DNA of 64,000 nucleotides. Origin: Phoronis australis. Its lineage: Eukaryota; Animalia; Phoronida. The translations under genes and the position numbers were made by a program. The stretch lies in NCBI GenBank assembly GCA_002633005.1, contig NMRA01000727.1:114216-178215 (forward strand). Direction: 5' to 3'. The notes under the pieces were generated by a model. The model had not been told where the DNA came from. It ran no database searches and worked only from the letters and a program-made list of their open reading frames with translations. Positions 26,528-40,500 of this stretch are shown here, one piece after another; the stretch's first letter is position 1; the number at the start of each line of letters is the position of its first letter.

Positions 26528-27211
26528 TTTCCTTTGCTTGAGGCCAGAATTCTTCTGTTCTCGATATCCTCCTCGGAACAGTTCCGTATAACACTGGAAC
26601 CTTTGTAACTGTTCAGTGAAAGTGTTTCTGTGAGCTTTGCTTGGGTATTTCTACCTCAGTCCGTGCTTACTTTGCACGGATAATCCCCATGTATACAAAG
26701 AGCGAAGTACCAAGTAGATGACATAGAAGTTCGTGTAAAGTACACTTTTGTCTTTATCGTGAGACGGCTCTTGTGATTATTTACTCCTTATTTACACAGC
26801 TAATCTGCACTCTCTTCAGATAACTGTGGTAATTTTACTCTTGAGAGGAAGGGCCAGGGACTCGTTTTCAAAGTTTGCAAAGTGCACTTCTATTATCGCA
26901 AAATGCTTATTATATTTTCACCGTAAAGACCTAGTAGTTGAAATTTTGTTACAAAAGGCTTTTATTTTGGTGCGGTAATGTTTGTTGTCGTGTAATTGGG
27001 ATTAAAGATAATCAAACGATAGGGAAGTAGATTAAAATGAAAATTCGGCTTACGAAACTAACTTTAGTTGGAAAAAAACTAGCCTCAGTCTTGTTCTCTT
27101 TTGTTGACTCTTGTGACCTCATACCATTCAAGATTTCACCTTATCATAGAGTACACAGTTGTGCCTTGACCTTGACTGGGAGGTCTTTTCTTTGAGAGAC
27201 AGAGAAATGTA
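26528..27211. promoter_or_regulatory. Candidate bidirectional promoter region between the divergent SLCO paralogs
   Basis: Only 684 bp separate the two opposed ATGs; no specific core-promoter element was identified. Confidence 0.45.
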
Positions 27212-30200
27212 ATGGAGAGGATGACTAAAACTCAGAGTAGAAATGATGATAAAGCCGACAGCAATTGCGGAATTGGATCTTGCAGGCCCGCGTGGCTACA
27301 GAGATTTGCCGACATACGCATATTTGTTGCCAGCTATGCATTCTCTGGTGTGTTCATCGGGTTGTGTGTTGCAGGAATAATTTCAACAATAACCACGATA
27401 GAAAGGCGATTCAAGCTAACAAGTGCCCAGTCAGGGTTTATTCTGACTGCTTATGAGATCACCCATATACCCGGAGTGTTTCTTGTTGGTTACTTCCTCT
27501 CGAAAGCGCACGCGCCAAGAATGTTGGCATTAGCCTCGCTCGGAATTGGCTTCTCAATGATGTTCGGTGTACTGCCGCACATTTTTTATGGAGAGATTAA
27601 CGATTATGTAATTGGAACAGAAGCAAATGAATCTGCCCCTACTAACGTGACCGGAACAGATGACTTGTGTAGATTGCTTCCAAGTTCCGAGCCTCAGGAT
27701 GCCTGTTTTGATGTCAAAAATACAAACACTGCCAACTCATACAAAGGGGCGTATGTTTTGATTCTTTTCGTCACTCTCAGTTTTGGACTTTTTTCTTGTC
27801 CAATCAATGTTTTGGGAATGCCTTACGTGGACAATTCGTGTGAGAAACACGAATCTGCCCAATACCTTGGAATAATCTACAGCATGCTTGGTTTGGGCCC
27901 CTTGATTGGGTTCGTCGTTGGAGCCAGTGTACTTGAAATGCATGTCACGCTGAAAGGTACGTGTATTATAAAGTAAGAAACACGCCACAGTTTGACTACG
28001 AAAAATTTGAAAACCTTTCCGTTTTGTAACGGATAAATCAACATCAACAGCTCATAAAAATACCATTAACACACATAATGCAAGCCCTTTGTTAAAAAAA
28101 CCTTATTGGGAACTTGACGAGAGACACTAGTGGAACATCGTCAGCAGGTGCACCCTCTGCAGGTTTTTCACTTGTAGTTGGTAAAGGCGTTTATGGCTAG
28201 TTATGCTTTCAATTTTGTAAATTTTGTAATTCCTCCTGGTGATCTATAACCAACCGCACGAAACACTCCCAAATAAGGACTCAATTAAGATTCTTAAGTT
28301 TTGTGGGCATTGATTTCTTTACTTACTCATAGATGTCTTGTTTTTGTATCACTTTGTCTTTATTAAGAGCTCCTCATTGACTGCTGACATTTTCTAACAC
28401 CACAATTGAAAAATGAGCCTTTATGACGACGAAAAGTATTTAGTCCTTAATTTCGGGGCGTTGCAAGAAAAGGTACCTATTTTTTCAATAGTAGTGGGGA
28501 GTAAATGTACGGTACTGGAATGTACACTCGGTTTGTATCAAATCGAAACATTCTTTAGTCATGAACATAAAATAGCATAACAAAAGACTACCAGTACTTG
28601 CACAAGTACATAAATACGGTAAAAATTTAGGAAGGTATTCCCCATATTCTGGACTGTTCCGTCCTACGCAAACTGGTCTGCTGTCGTTTCATGATAGATT
28701 GTCAAACATGCCAAGATTATGACAAGGAGTTGAATTGCCGATAAAGGGCTGTGACATGACTTCAACTAATTTTTTCATACATAGTGGCTGCTGCTAAGCT
28801 CTTCTGAAAACTTCTCCTAGTTTAACTCACTTCTTATTCTATTTGAAAAAATTCGCCACGACCACAATGGTTATTTCATTTCTTAGCATTAGTCGTCCTA
28901 CACTATTTTATAATTCTCCTGCTTGAACTTTTATTAAATCGTACATGTTTCTCCATTTACATTTCAACCCTCAAAACGTTGAAAACAAACACGTGAAAGA
29001 GGTTTCAATAATTTCCAGAGACATTCCTAACCCCCCAAGATCCACGGTGGATTGGTGCTTATTGGCTGCTGTTTATCATCTGCGCAATTTTAATGATTCC
29101 GCCAAGCCTGGTTTTGGTGCTCTTTCCTCGACACATGTATAAAAAGTCAAAAGAAACCGAAGTGGGTACAACAGAAGAGCAGGCATCTCTTCATGAGACG
29201 ATGAGCAAGGAAATCATGGGCTCAACATTGAACGTTGGAAGCATGACGATTACTTCTGTAAAAGGTAAACGATAATACAATTGAGGATAGTTATATTTTG
29301 TGTCGCTTTCGTAATTAGAGCTCCCGTGTGCTGCAGCGGAGTTAACCATTTCAGTTCCTCTTTACAGCTAATTTCTGTAAAGTAACAGAGAATATCCTTT
29401 TAATTAAGGTATGTCATATTTTTCCCACCAACCATGATTCAAGATACTTCTTAGGTCTGCGAGCATTAAGGCGAAAAAACTATCTATGCATACACTTGCA
29501 TGTATATCGAGTTGTAATGGAATGAAACGTAATAAAACTAAACTTAATCCTGTTGGACATGCCCTCTATTCATCGTCAGAAGGGATTAGATGCCTGTTTT
29601 GCCCCTCTGTATGTCGATTGTCAGCCGGTTGACTGGTTAAACCCCAGCCTTTGAAATTTGACTTTGAGGCTGAAAATGTACATGTAAGATGGGCGGAGTT
29701 TATGGTTGTTACATTTTTTGTTTGTTTATTAATGTCACTTTCTCGATTATGTAAACGTTGGCATTCTTTTCTCTGTGTTTGTTTCGATTTTTAAAGTTCC
29801 TGGCCCGAACTTGACGTAGAAGACGACTAAAATTCGAATTATACCAAGTTCTGTGAACGTCGTACATTGAAAACCCCCAAAACGAACGTCCCTGTACTCT
29901 TTAGGAATATGTGTTGCAATACTTAATCGAAGTCTCACACAAACTCTAAATACACATGTACAGCTGTCACTTTATTACCACTGGCATCAATTTGAACACC
30001 ACTGAGAGCGTGCGTAATCCATCGCTTGTCTACAGCACCACATGCGTCATGAAGTCAACCCTACTTAACCTCCCATCCAAGCAGACAATTCGTTTTTCCG
30101 CTGCAAAGCTAATGTTGTCTCTTCAAGCAGTGAATGGTCGAGACTGAAAAAATCTCACAGGAAATCGTTTTTGAAATCTAATATATGGCAATGTGGTGTA

Positions 30201-33200
30201 GATTCCGTTATTCCTACCCCTTTCTACTCATCTTTCTTAGGTCTACCTAAAGCCATCTGGAGACTGTTGAAGATACCCGTCTACAGTACTTTAGTAATAA
30301 GTTTGATCCTAGAAATGTTTATTGGCCATGGTTATTTCGTGTTTATGCCGAAGTACATCGAAGAGCAGTTTGGTAGAACAAGCAGCTTTGCTAACACCAT
30401 CGCCGGTGAGTAAGACAGTACAAAACTTCTAAAGGACACGATCAACTTGAAACAAACAGTAACCAACTCCCTTAAACACTACCTGACGGTATGCTAGTTA
30501 GCTGCTCTCGAGTTTCGAGTCTTTATTGGTCAAAACATACTACATGAAATCGGGACAGCCAATACCGGCACCTAAGTCATCTTCAATTGGGTTTAGTGTG
30601 AAAAAATGTCAGATATTGCGGCTCGTTTTCCCTTGCTTAATGATATAAGGAAGAGCGAGGCGCTGCGTTTGTGGTGGTTGGGACGACTTAGTATTCATTT
30701 TGTCCTTGCTGTGGATCTTTCGGTGAAGCCCAGAAATGGCACAACTTTCTACAAGAAACTCGCCCGTTGGTGGACTTGAAACACTGGCACTGGGTACGTT
30801 ACGTCATACTCAAGTACGTGGAATTAAGAAACTTTCAATTGAAATCGTTTTTCTTTGTTTTTGAGATATTGAATTAACGATTGTAATGCGCAGTGCTCTC
30901 AAGGAAAATTTAACGACTCACTCCATCGGAGTTTTTTATTTTAGATATACAAACATTGAGCTAACCAGATGGTTCTTAGCAAAATAAGAAAACCCAACTT
31001 TAATCACTAAAATGTAGGCACGTCAAATGATAAGTGAACTTGACTTTTGTGCACTATTGCGTCACTGCAAAAACCCAGCACAAACAACAAAGGACCGTTA
31101 AGTAACTGTCGTATTGAATAGGGGTCGGAATAGAACACCATTGGGTTGGGGATGTTATTCACAGCTGTTTGAATTAAATAAAGATTCTCGCGGTGGGGTA
31201 AACAAACGCAAGCCAATAAGTTAATTAAATGTATCAATTTATAGCACGGGTGTGCTCAGAGCTTTGCTCTTAACATAGTGTTGAAACCAAATTTATATGT
31301 GTTACCTTTCAAGATAGGCTTTAATGGTGCTGAAAATGTAGTCACTTGTAAAAACAAGGTAACTGGTGGCTTAAAAGCACTTTAAAGAGGCCTGGAACTC
31401 GATAAACAAACTAAATTGCAACATTCAAAGTTGTTCTCTGCCACCGAAACAGAATTCAAACCTGCTCACCAGGTATTTTTAGGAATTTTTCGTAAAGATT
31501 TTTAATTTTGTAGATATCAAAGCATTTTTCTTTTAGCTTCACTTTTCAAAAAATGACCTGTCAGCTGTTCGCCAGTTCGTCGATGTTTGTCCCACAAGGC
31601 AAAGCGCTTCTCCTTATTTGGTATGGCCTAACATACACGCGGCCTTTGACCTTAAGCAACTTCAAGTAACAGACTGTGCGCGCATTTATCATTAAGTGGC
31701 AGGGAGATTAGAAACTCTGTGGTAACCACAGACGTTTTCCTTCGAGCGTATTTCAAAAATCGTGAACTTTGAGATTTTTTATGGAAATTTCCTCACAGGG
31801 GAAAGTGAATTACTCTGTACTAGACGTTGCAAGACGGTACTTTCGTCAAGAGTTGTTTAAACTATATTTTTGACGAGCTTTTGCGTTCCATGCCTCTTTA
31901 AAATGTGTTCTAAGAAGTGCGTTACTTTTCATGCATTAATGAAGCTAACTTCAGTGTAGAGTTTGCTTAAAAACAGATGGGACAGCCGATGGAAAGCGAT
32001 GTAATTGCTTTTCACTATTTTGACGGCATTTCCCATTTCTGTGTGGCCCCCGGCCGCAAAATGATAACAGTGGCTGAGCAAGGTATAGTATTTGCATTAA
32101 CTGTGTCAAGGATGAAGACATTTTCGGAAAAATGCGTGTATATAAGGGCAACATGTTATTGATTGTCATGGCATCGATGACAGTTGCAGTACAAATGACA
32201 AAAAGCCAAAAGAAGTTTTATACAAGAATTGTGCATAAAAATGGAAAATATAAGCTATACATGGATATTGACCCTGTTTCAGTGATTTCCCCTACAAATC
32301 GTGTTCTGCCTCCTAGGATTGCGCAGTCAGAGCATGCACTTTTCTTGAGATATAAAAACTTACGCCTGCTCGGCCATAAGATAACTTCTCGCTGTATCAG
32401 AAATAGAATTTTGTGGAAAGAGGTTCTGTCCATGCCATGGCCGTTGATTAAATCCCGCAAACAATAAATCACGATTGGAGATGTTGCAGTCTTTCTGGGG
32501 AGTGTTACAGAGCATCATTTTGTTCCCAGTAATTATGCATCTTTGTGGAAAGGCTGATGCTAATCGGGTTCAGTACAGTGTATGTGTATGCACTGAGGGG
32601 TGTGTTTCAAGAAAGTGACTTAAGACTAAACAGACAGAAATAATCTTAATATTCACTTCACAATTGTTAGAGAAAGATTTAGCCAAGTAATTAAGAGTGC
32701 TTCACAATCTAGAAATACTTCATGGAGATAATCTGTTATGTGTATATTTCCAGAGACTGCACTTTTGCTCAGGAGAGATTTAATTGTTTTTTTCAGTAAT
32801 AAATGATGTGGAGCGTAAGAAAGAATTTCTGAATCAAGCCTTGAGTCTCTTTTCATGAATTCAAAGGGGAACCTGTTGTTCAAACATCAGTTGTATTTCC
32901 GTTTAGGTGTTGTCAACTCGGGAGCACATGGTCTGGGAGTGTTCATCAGTGGAATTCTTGTCACCAAGTTAAAGATGAATAGAATGCAGGCGGCCAAAAG
33001 TAACGTCATCGTTGCCATAGGTGTCATGGTTTGTTTGGTGGCAATGATATTTGTTGGGTGCGATACCGGGAAAGTTCACAGTCTTGTTGGAAAAAGGTAT
33101 AGTGATTTTATCTATGAGGAAGTGTTCGAATTAACATTGCTTGGGGACGGACCATTGGATGGCTGTTTGCAGGGTAGTGGAATAGGTGATAAACTTCGGC

Positions 33201-36200
33201 CTGTTGTTTATAATCTCGCTCAATTGAAGTGAGATTGGGACGCTTTCCGTGGATGCAAGACACTCGCGAGTAAAGCTATAGTGTTAACGCGTGCTTCGCT
33301 TGTGATCCATGGCTATATCTTGCGAAGATTTGACGGATCTCACATTTCTTGCATGTAATAATTATGCACTACGAAAAGCAGCCAGAAGTTCACATGTAGT
33401 TTAATTATAATGTCGAGATGAGACAGTCCTACGTTTCAGCGACGAGTCTTGCATTACTTTGATTGCTCGTTCGTCAGAAGCATCCCGGTTCAAGTTCTAA
33501 AATACATGCACATCGATTTGACACATTGGGATTTCACGAATGCTCTTTGATCTGGATGAAACCTAAATAGTCGATTGTTTGGCGCGCATACACGTTTTAA
33601 AGACTTCATTGCGTTTTAACACAAACACACCTACGCAAACACACACACACACACANGATACCTACCCATGTACAAAAAATGAAGTTGTTTTAAATTTTGA
33701 CGTATAGACTGATTTTTGAAAATCTACTGGTTTTTATATGGACTGTCCCTTAAAGACTTCAGTGTGTTTTAACACAAACACACCTACGCAAACACACACA
33801 CACACACACACGCACGCACGCACGCACGCGCGCCCACGCACCCACCCACCCACACATACACACACACATTAAAAAGTCTGCGCTAGCCAAATAGCCTGAT
33901 GTAATGGGCTGCAGACGTACTGAAACAAGGAATATTGTTCCATCACAAGACTGTGTTGTTTTATTATGACGGAAAAAAGAGACATGCCTTGCGAGTTCGT
34001 TCTTTCAACGCAGTGCTTACTCAGAATTATGTGAAGGTGCCATGGGTCACATTGTCATAGTCTACTTCACGTTTGTTCAGAAAGACAATTCCAGCTAAGG
34101 CTTTGGATAGGTTTCATGTTGTAACGCTGGGCGTTTTCTAAACTGGGTTGCATAAAACTTTTGAAAATGACAGTGCTGTCCATGTAAATATCTATCTCTC
34201 TTTGATATTTCAGGCGCAATTCGTCGTGTCAGGCGGACTGTGGGTGCACATCCGATATGTTTAACCCTGTTTGTGGACAAGATGGAGTAACTTATATTTC
34301 GCCATGTCACGCGGGATGCACGAGATCTTCAACCGACTCACTAATGGTATGAACCTCTTAACATCACGTTGAGATGGTGGTGCAGTAATGTATCATATCT
34401 AAAATATCTATTAAGACCAACCTCGCCTTCTTCAGGCACTGTGTTCTTCTTGTGCTCGTTACTCATGAAGAAGGTTGACCACACGTCGTGCCATTGTACA
34501 AAGACTAGAAGTTCGTGTAAGCAGACCAATACAAGTTCGGATATCAGACTAAACTTTAAACGCACCATTACCCCTGGATTACCAAAATGGCTGGCGGGAC
34601 ATCTAAATCGATTTGTCCCTGTTTATAAGTCCCTCCGTCCTTGTGCTGTGCAATAACCACACGACTTTGATTCATTTGTTTAGTTAAATATCCGTATAGA
34701 AGCATTAAAACACTTTTATTGCATTGGCATCATGAGTGTTTAATTAGAGTTCCATTTTTTTCTTGTATATCTGGTCCGTTACAAAAACAGCATATATGTG
34801 TATTGGATAATTCATCAAGGTATCTGCCAAATGTTCACACGTGTACCTGCGTAGTATAAAGCGGACGGAATCAATTTCCTGCGATGTCACAAATGCATCC
34901 GTATTTGTTTTGTCTACAGTGTGTACTCTTGTTAGATGTTACGTACATATTTCATGTTTTGGCACTTTCTGAAGGACGATACGAGTGCATGTGCTTTTCA
35001 GAAAAGTTCGATGTTGTCATAGAATTTTATCTCTGTATAGTTATTTGTACATAGGCCTAAGAGTCTGTTGTTTCAGTTTGACGATTGCATTTGCTTGTCA
35101 TCAAACACAACGAGATCCAAACAAGGACTTTGCGCAGGCGCTGTGACTCCGTGTACGACAGAAACAATCATATACTCGGTTTTTGTATTCATCGCTGGAA
35201 TCTTCAGTGGCTACATGTTTATGGTGACGATTTATATATTGTTCAGGTATGTGTTGTGGCGAAATATCTGTTTAAAATGACTTGTTAAGATTATGTCTTG
35301 TTCAGAATTACGATACGTGACTTGTCTCGTATTTATAAATGATAGACCGAGAAACGAGATACAAATCTTGATATTTGTCCAACGCTTGCCAGAAGATGGA
35401 AAACAAAACGAGTTGACATGGTCCTTATCGCAAGAAATACAAGACTGATACTTGGTAGACAGGGAAGGATCCGGGATTTTGCGTTATGGGGGTCAAGGCA
35501 GAGTATTAGCCAGGATTTTGCCCGTCAGATATTCGCACATCTGAGCTACCAAATGGAATCTGCCTCCCTTGCACCCCCCCCCCCCCNCCCCCCCTAAATC
35601 CTCCATTGGTAGTCCGGTGTCTTAATTTACCTCGCAAATAAATATAAACGGAGATGCAAAATACAAGGGTACATGTACAGTGTTTCACGCCGTATGTTGG
35701 TCACAACCCGTAACCTATACATGTACTTCAGACTGCACCATACATGTTCATGTACATGTAGGTCCCGTAATGTGACCGAGGTATGGCATGTAGGAAGGCA
35801 ACCAATTCTTACTTACATGTACTCTGTATAGCATATCAACGCGGTCGTGATTTATAATAGCACAGGATTGAGTTTCAAGGAATCAAGTTATGTATTGCTG
35901 CATTATGTTTCAGAACTGTAAATCCTGAGGATAAATCTTTCGCAATGGCTCTTCAAAGTACGGGCATAAGTTTATTAGGTAAGTTCTGAGTCCTCGCTAT
36001 TCTGACGAGTACAGGAAACTAGTATTACATGTTTCTATATTCCCATGGAAATTTGTTCGGTATTCAAAACTCATAGCCTGTAAGCCAGACTACTGGGATT
36101 GGCTCACCCCCAGGATGGCAACTATTGGCGGGTACCACGAATAGCTCTCGACTCAGCGCTGCAGGAAACGCCTGGTACCACAAACAAACTGATCAAATAC

Positions 36201-36990
36201 AAACTTTTGAGAATTTCCATAGGAACGGAAAATCGCAAAAGAAACAATTTTTTGGAGAAAAATCGTCATGAATTTGAAATGGGATGAAAAAGACACATGA
36301 TTCATACAACAATCGCCAGTAAATATGGATACACACAGACTTGGAAGAATTTGTTAATCATTTTGATTAGAAAGTTTTGGATTGTCGCATTTTCCCGCTT
36401 TTACAGAAAAGGAAATTTAGAAGAAAAGGCATCAAATGTTAAGAGGTATCACACAAACTGCCCGCTTACTCTTGCATGTAACTGTTCGGATATTGACTGC
36501 AAACCGCCTCGCCTCATTTCTACCATGTACATTGTAGGCCTTGACGCATGCCCTTACGCTTTCTAAGACCGATAATCACGTCTTTTCTAGCCTATCAACG
36601 GATGATATTTTCGAAAACGCGTCTGTAATATCTACATTCGATTTTCGTAGCTTAAACAGGTACAGTGTACGAAAATTCACCATTCATGGTTAACAGTGAT
36701 TGCTATCATGTATGTTTATAGCGTCCATTCCTGCACCGGCGGTCTTTGGCTCACTCATAGACTCTTCATGCATGCTGTGGCAGTCGACACCATGTTCGTC
36801 AGCCAAAGTATGTCGTGCATTTGATCCCACTCAGTTGCGAACCTACATACACGGCACTTGTGCTGCCCTCTCTGGCCTGAAAGTGGCATGCTTTGTATTC
36901 GTGTGGCTCAAATGTGGGAAGGAAGATTGCAAGACACCGGACCGAGACCACAACGAGAATGATGAAGAACTGGCCGATGTTGGACGCTGA
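27212..36990 (+). CDS. SLCO: Organic anion transporting polypeptide (OATP/SLCO family), paralog B, 8 exons, about 660 aa
   Basis: Exons 27212-27956, 29019-29264, 30241-30405, 32907-33096, 34214-34346, 35077-35246, 35914-35978, 36722-36990 sum to 1983 nt with consistent phases. Motifs: CGIGSCRPAWLQ, ITTIERRF, DPRWIGAYW, MPKYIEEQFG, Kazal-like CGCTSDMFNPVCGQDGVTYISPCHAGC, IPAPAVFGSLIDSSCMLW. Symbol is family-level. Confidence 0.95.
31386..31897 (+). mobile_element. TTAA-flanked non-autonomous DNA element (Kolobok-like), copy 1
   Basis: TTAA|AGAGGCCTGGAAC ... GTTCCATGCCTCT|TTAA; interior similar to 57670-58216 (CACCAGGTATTTT, TCAAAGCATTTTTC). Confidence 0.7.
33597..33870 (+). repeat. Compound (CA)n/(CACG)n microsatellite with a duplicated flank
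   Basis: TTAAAGACTTCA..GTTTTAACACAAACACACCTACGCAAACACAC occurs at about 33597 and 33751. Confidence 0.85.
35460..35608 (+). mobile_element. MITE family A copy 2
   Basis: Shares GGCAGAGTATTAGCC(A/T)GGATTTTG.CCGTCAGA core; flanks GTAGA/GTAGT. Confidence 0.8.
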
Positions 36991-37559
36991 ACGTTTCTAT
37001 TCCTCATTATTTATGCGCGCGTGCACCAGTGTATTAAGTAATTACAATTTAACGACAGCGGTGATTATGACGTGAGCTGTAACGCAGGAACTTGAGGGTC
37101 ATTGGGTGACAATCCATTGAAGCCTTCTGTGTCGGAAAAGTTAGATTTTCCAGTTACGGTCCTGGGGATCACACATCTGTCTACTTCATGCCTGTACAAA
37201 ATAAATGCAGAACTATTGCAGTCGTGAGGTCTTTTACCCGTGGTCCACGGCCCAGTGCTTTGAGAAGTTCGTAGTGTGCTTTTCTTGGCTCCACGACTTA
37301 AGTTTTCCCACGCCACCGGTCACTTTTACAAAAAATAATGACACTATACAAACACACACACACTCGTCTTGGTTTGAACAAAACGCAACAGCGAGGAAAA
37401 GAAACAAAACAAATCCATAAATAAATACTTTTTGTATTTTAGACCAGCAGTTACTGGATATTGAATTGTTCCATTATTAACCGCAAAGAATACCTCCAGT
37501 TCATGCATACTGTAAGCTCGCGAGGAGTTGCAAGTGTTCATACATTGGTAAGCAGAGTA

Positions 37560-40500
37560 TCATATCAGAGCAAGAGTCTCTGGCTGATTTTTCTCAGGTG
37601 GACTTTCCTTGTTTTCACTGATTATTACGGATGTGTTCGTGTTACACCTGTTGTGATCCCAGTCTTTGGGAGGGGTTGTTACCTCGCGCAATAATTGACG
37701 GAAAGACATCTGTCTCTGAAAAGACACAGGAGCAAAACGTAAAGCATAGTATTAATTAGACACGGTGACGTACATGTGCATGTACCTGTACGTTGTACTT
37801 CAAGACGCATTCCTGTTTCCCAGCCCTCAACAGTGGCAGATTTAGAGGGGGGCCAAGGGGGCCATGGCCCCTCGTAAAATTCTCCCAGATTCCATATGGC
37901 AGTTCGGGGGTGCAAATGTCTGACGGGCAAATCCAGGCTAATACTCTGCCCTGGCCCCTCCCCCCTAACTCAAAATCCTGGATCCGCCCCTGCTCAAATA
38001 CATCAAGTAACAGTATACAAAGACCTTATTGTACATGTTTTCAAAAACTGCAGGACAGGTTTAATCGACTGCACATATCTTAAAGTTCTGTGAACCCTCT
38101 TTTTCGCCACGGACTACATTTTTCGAACATTGTTCATAACTCAAAGCAAAGAAGATTTCTTGGCTTGGAAAGTTCTGGGAACTCCTTGTTTCCCGAGACC
38201 AGGCTCGATGACTTGGCTAGTCACGCGTCGTGTTATGGACCAGGCATGGTATTAAGGAATAAAAAGAGAAACCACTTATCATTTCAGTAAGAAGGAATCG
38301 ATACAAATGTTATAAAATAATGTAAGTGGGATAAATCACACTTTATTTTATGACAGAACAGGGGTTGCTGTTTGCTTGCAGTAAGAAGTTCGTGGTCACA
38401 GCAGATGTACGGCGTTACATTCATTATGCTATGTGTTGTATCTCAAGCTTGACTTTTTACGTCAAGTTGTTAACATAACCTCTGATGCAAATCTACGCGA
38501 CTTACATTGTCCCTCTTGTAAAACTGAACGCACGTGACGACCGCCATCACCGGGATGAAACCAATGGTGATAATCACAGTCAGCCACGCGCAGTTGAGAG
38601 CGGATTCCGAGTACGTGTACTTGCCATAAACAGCTGGTGCGAAGATGACAGCATTGAATATCACAATGAACTGAAACGAAATATATCACTAAACAGACTT
38701 AGTCCATAGATAACGGAAGCAGCAGTAGCGGGTGTAGCAGCTACATGTGTGGTAGGAGCAGCAGTAGCCACAGCAGCAGCAGCAGCAGCATCAGCAGCAG
38801 CATCAGCAGCAGCAGCAGAAGCAGCAGAAGCAGCAGCAGTAGCAACTGCAGCGGCAGCAGCAGTAGTTCTGTTGAAATACCGCTGATACATGTAGTTTTA
38901 ATGTTTCTAGTCTGCTAAATTTTGATACTTAACGGGAAGAGATCTTCTCTGGGAATTAAAGTTCTACTAAGTCATTTATATACATGTAATGTACAATGAA
39001 AGGTAAAATACTGCTAACTTTAAGTTACAACGTAAATTTTACCAGTTAAGGGATACAGTTTGCGAGGAAAGTATTATTTTGGGATCAATCTCAGCGCGAA
39101 ATCAAATCTGTAACATCCGAGGTTTTCTTCTACAAGGTTATTTGCACAAAAAACAAATCGTCAAACTTAAAAATCATGACGTTTCTATGTACATGCATGC
39201 CTCTAGTGGTTCCGTTATATCTAAGCTGCTGGAAAAGGCGATTGGAGGTGCAAAAGAATAACTAGGTTTTGATCAGAACAAAACTGAATATGAAGGCATG
39301 TTAATGTCAGAACGAGGAAGACTCACCAGCAGAAGGGTCGGGGTCAACACTAACCAACAGGCCGACCAGAAGCAGGATGGTTTAAAGCCAAGCATGCAAT
39401 TGATATCGTCCAGTAGTCGTTTGTATCCTGAATTGGAGCAAAATGATAATTGAGCAATGACAGATTAGTAACGCCATGAAGCGAGCGATGACATGTTTTT
39501 GAGTTAAGCAGGACCTTATCGACATGTCAGTGTATTGAACCAAACTTTTAAAAAACAATAGATTATTAAATATATATTTTACGAAAATACATTGCCTGGG
39601 AAATTTGATTTTGACTTGATACCAATCTGATATCATTTTGATCACGTAATCATGTCTTTTTAGTAAAACTTACGCTATCAATAACATGACCAAATTTCGT
39701 TTGATCTATATAAGTTCAAGATGAAATCTCAGAAACTTTGTCATAGTTTTGTTTACTATAATTGTTATTTCATTTTCGTTTTATGCAACTTGTGAGTTTT
39801 TCATAAAAATCATAAAAGTCCTATTTTTGATGGCCCACCATGCAGCAATGGAAACTTTCAAAAATAAATCCTAAAATATTTGTCGAGAACTGTGTATAAA
39901 GCATGATATCTGAACTTTTCTCATTAATACAATCAGCAATTTCTGAGATATGGCCGTTACAAAGTTTGCCAAATTTTTCGAAGGACCAACATCACCTTAA
40001 AGAAATAAAATGTTGTAAAGGTTGTTGACAGGTACAATACCCGTGGGCCCAGCGCGCTAATATGTCATTTGAATTATGTCAGATTGCTGCAGACGTAAAA
40101 TGAGTGACGGTCTACTGCAAATGCGCGCGAACGTGAGGTATTCCATCAGTTTGAGAGGTACACGGGTTGGTTCATTGTACATGTATCTGGCACAAAGAAA
40201 AGAAGTTGAGCAGTTGTGCAAATCCAACTGTGATCAGAAACAGGTGTCATGAGCTTCTATACTTGCGAGCACAAGACTTTGGTTTAATATATGTACAGGT
40301 AAATCAGGGAATGGATTGCATAACACTTCAAACTATCCGCTAGATAAGTTTGATTGTTGCATGACGTCATGTGCATTGTTCAACAATAACAACGTGGCGC
40401 GTGATAAAGCGACATCAGTTTTGCTATGCAGCATTTATTTTTTACGCAACTGGGCCTTGATCTTTTGGAAGGTTTTGTCCCAGTTATAAGTAAAACTACC

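Noticed and set aside
38661-38891. Poly-alanine ORF
   Set aside because: Intronic GCA repeat; the SLC6 exon starts at the acceptor at 38670.
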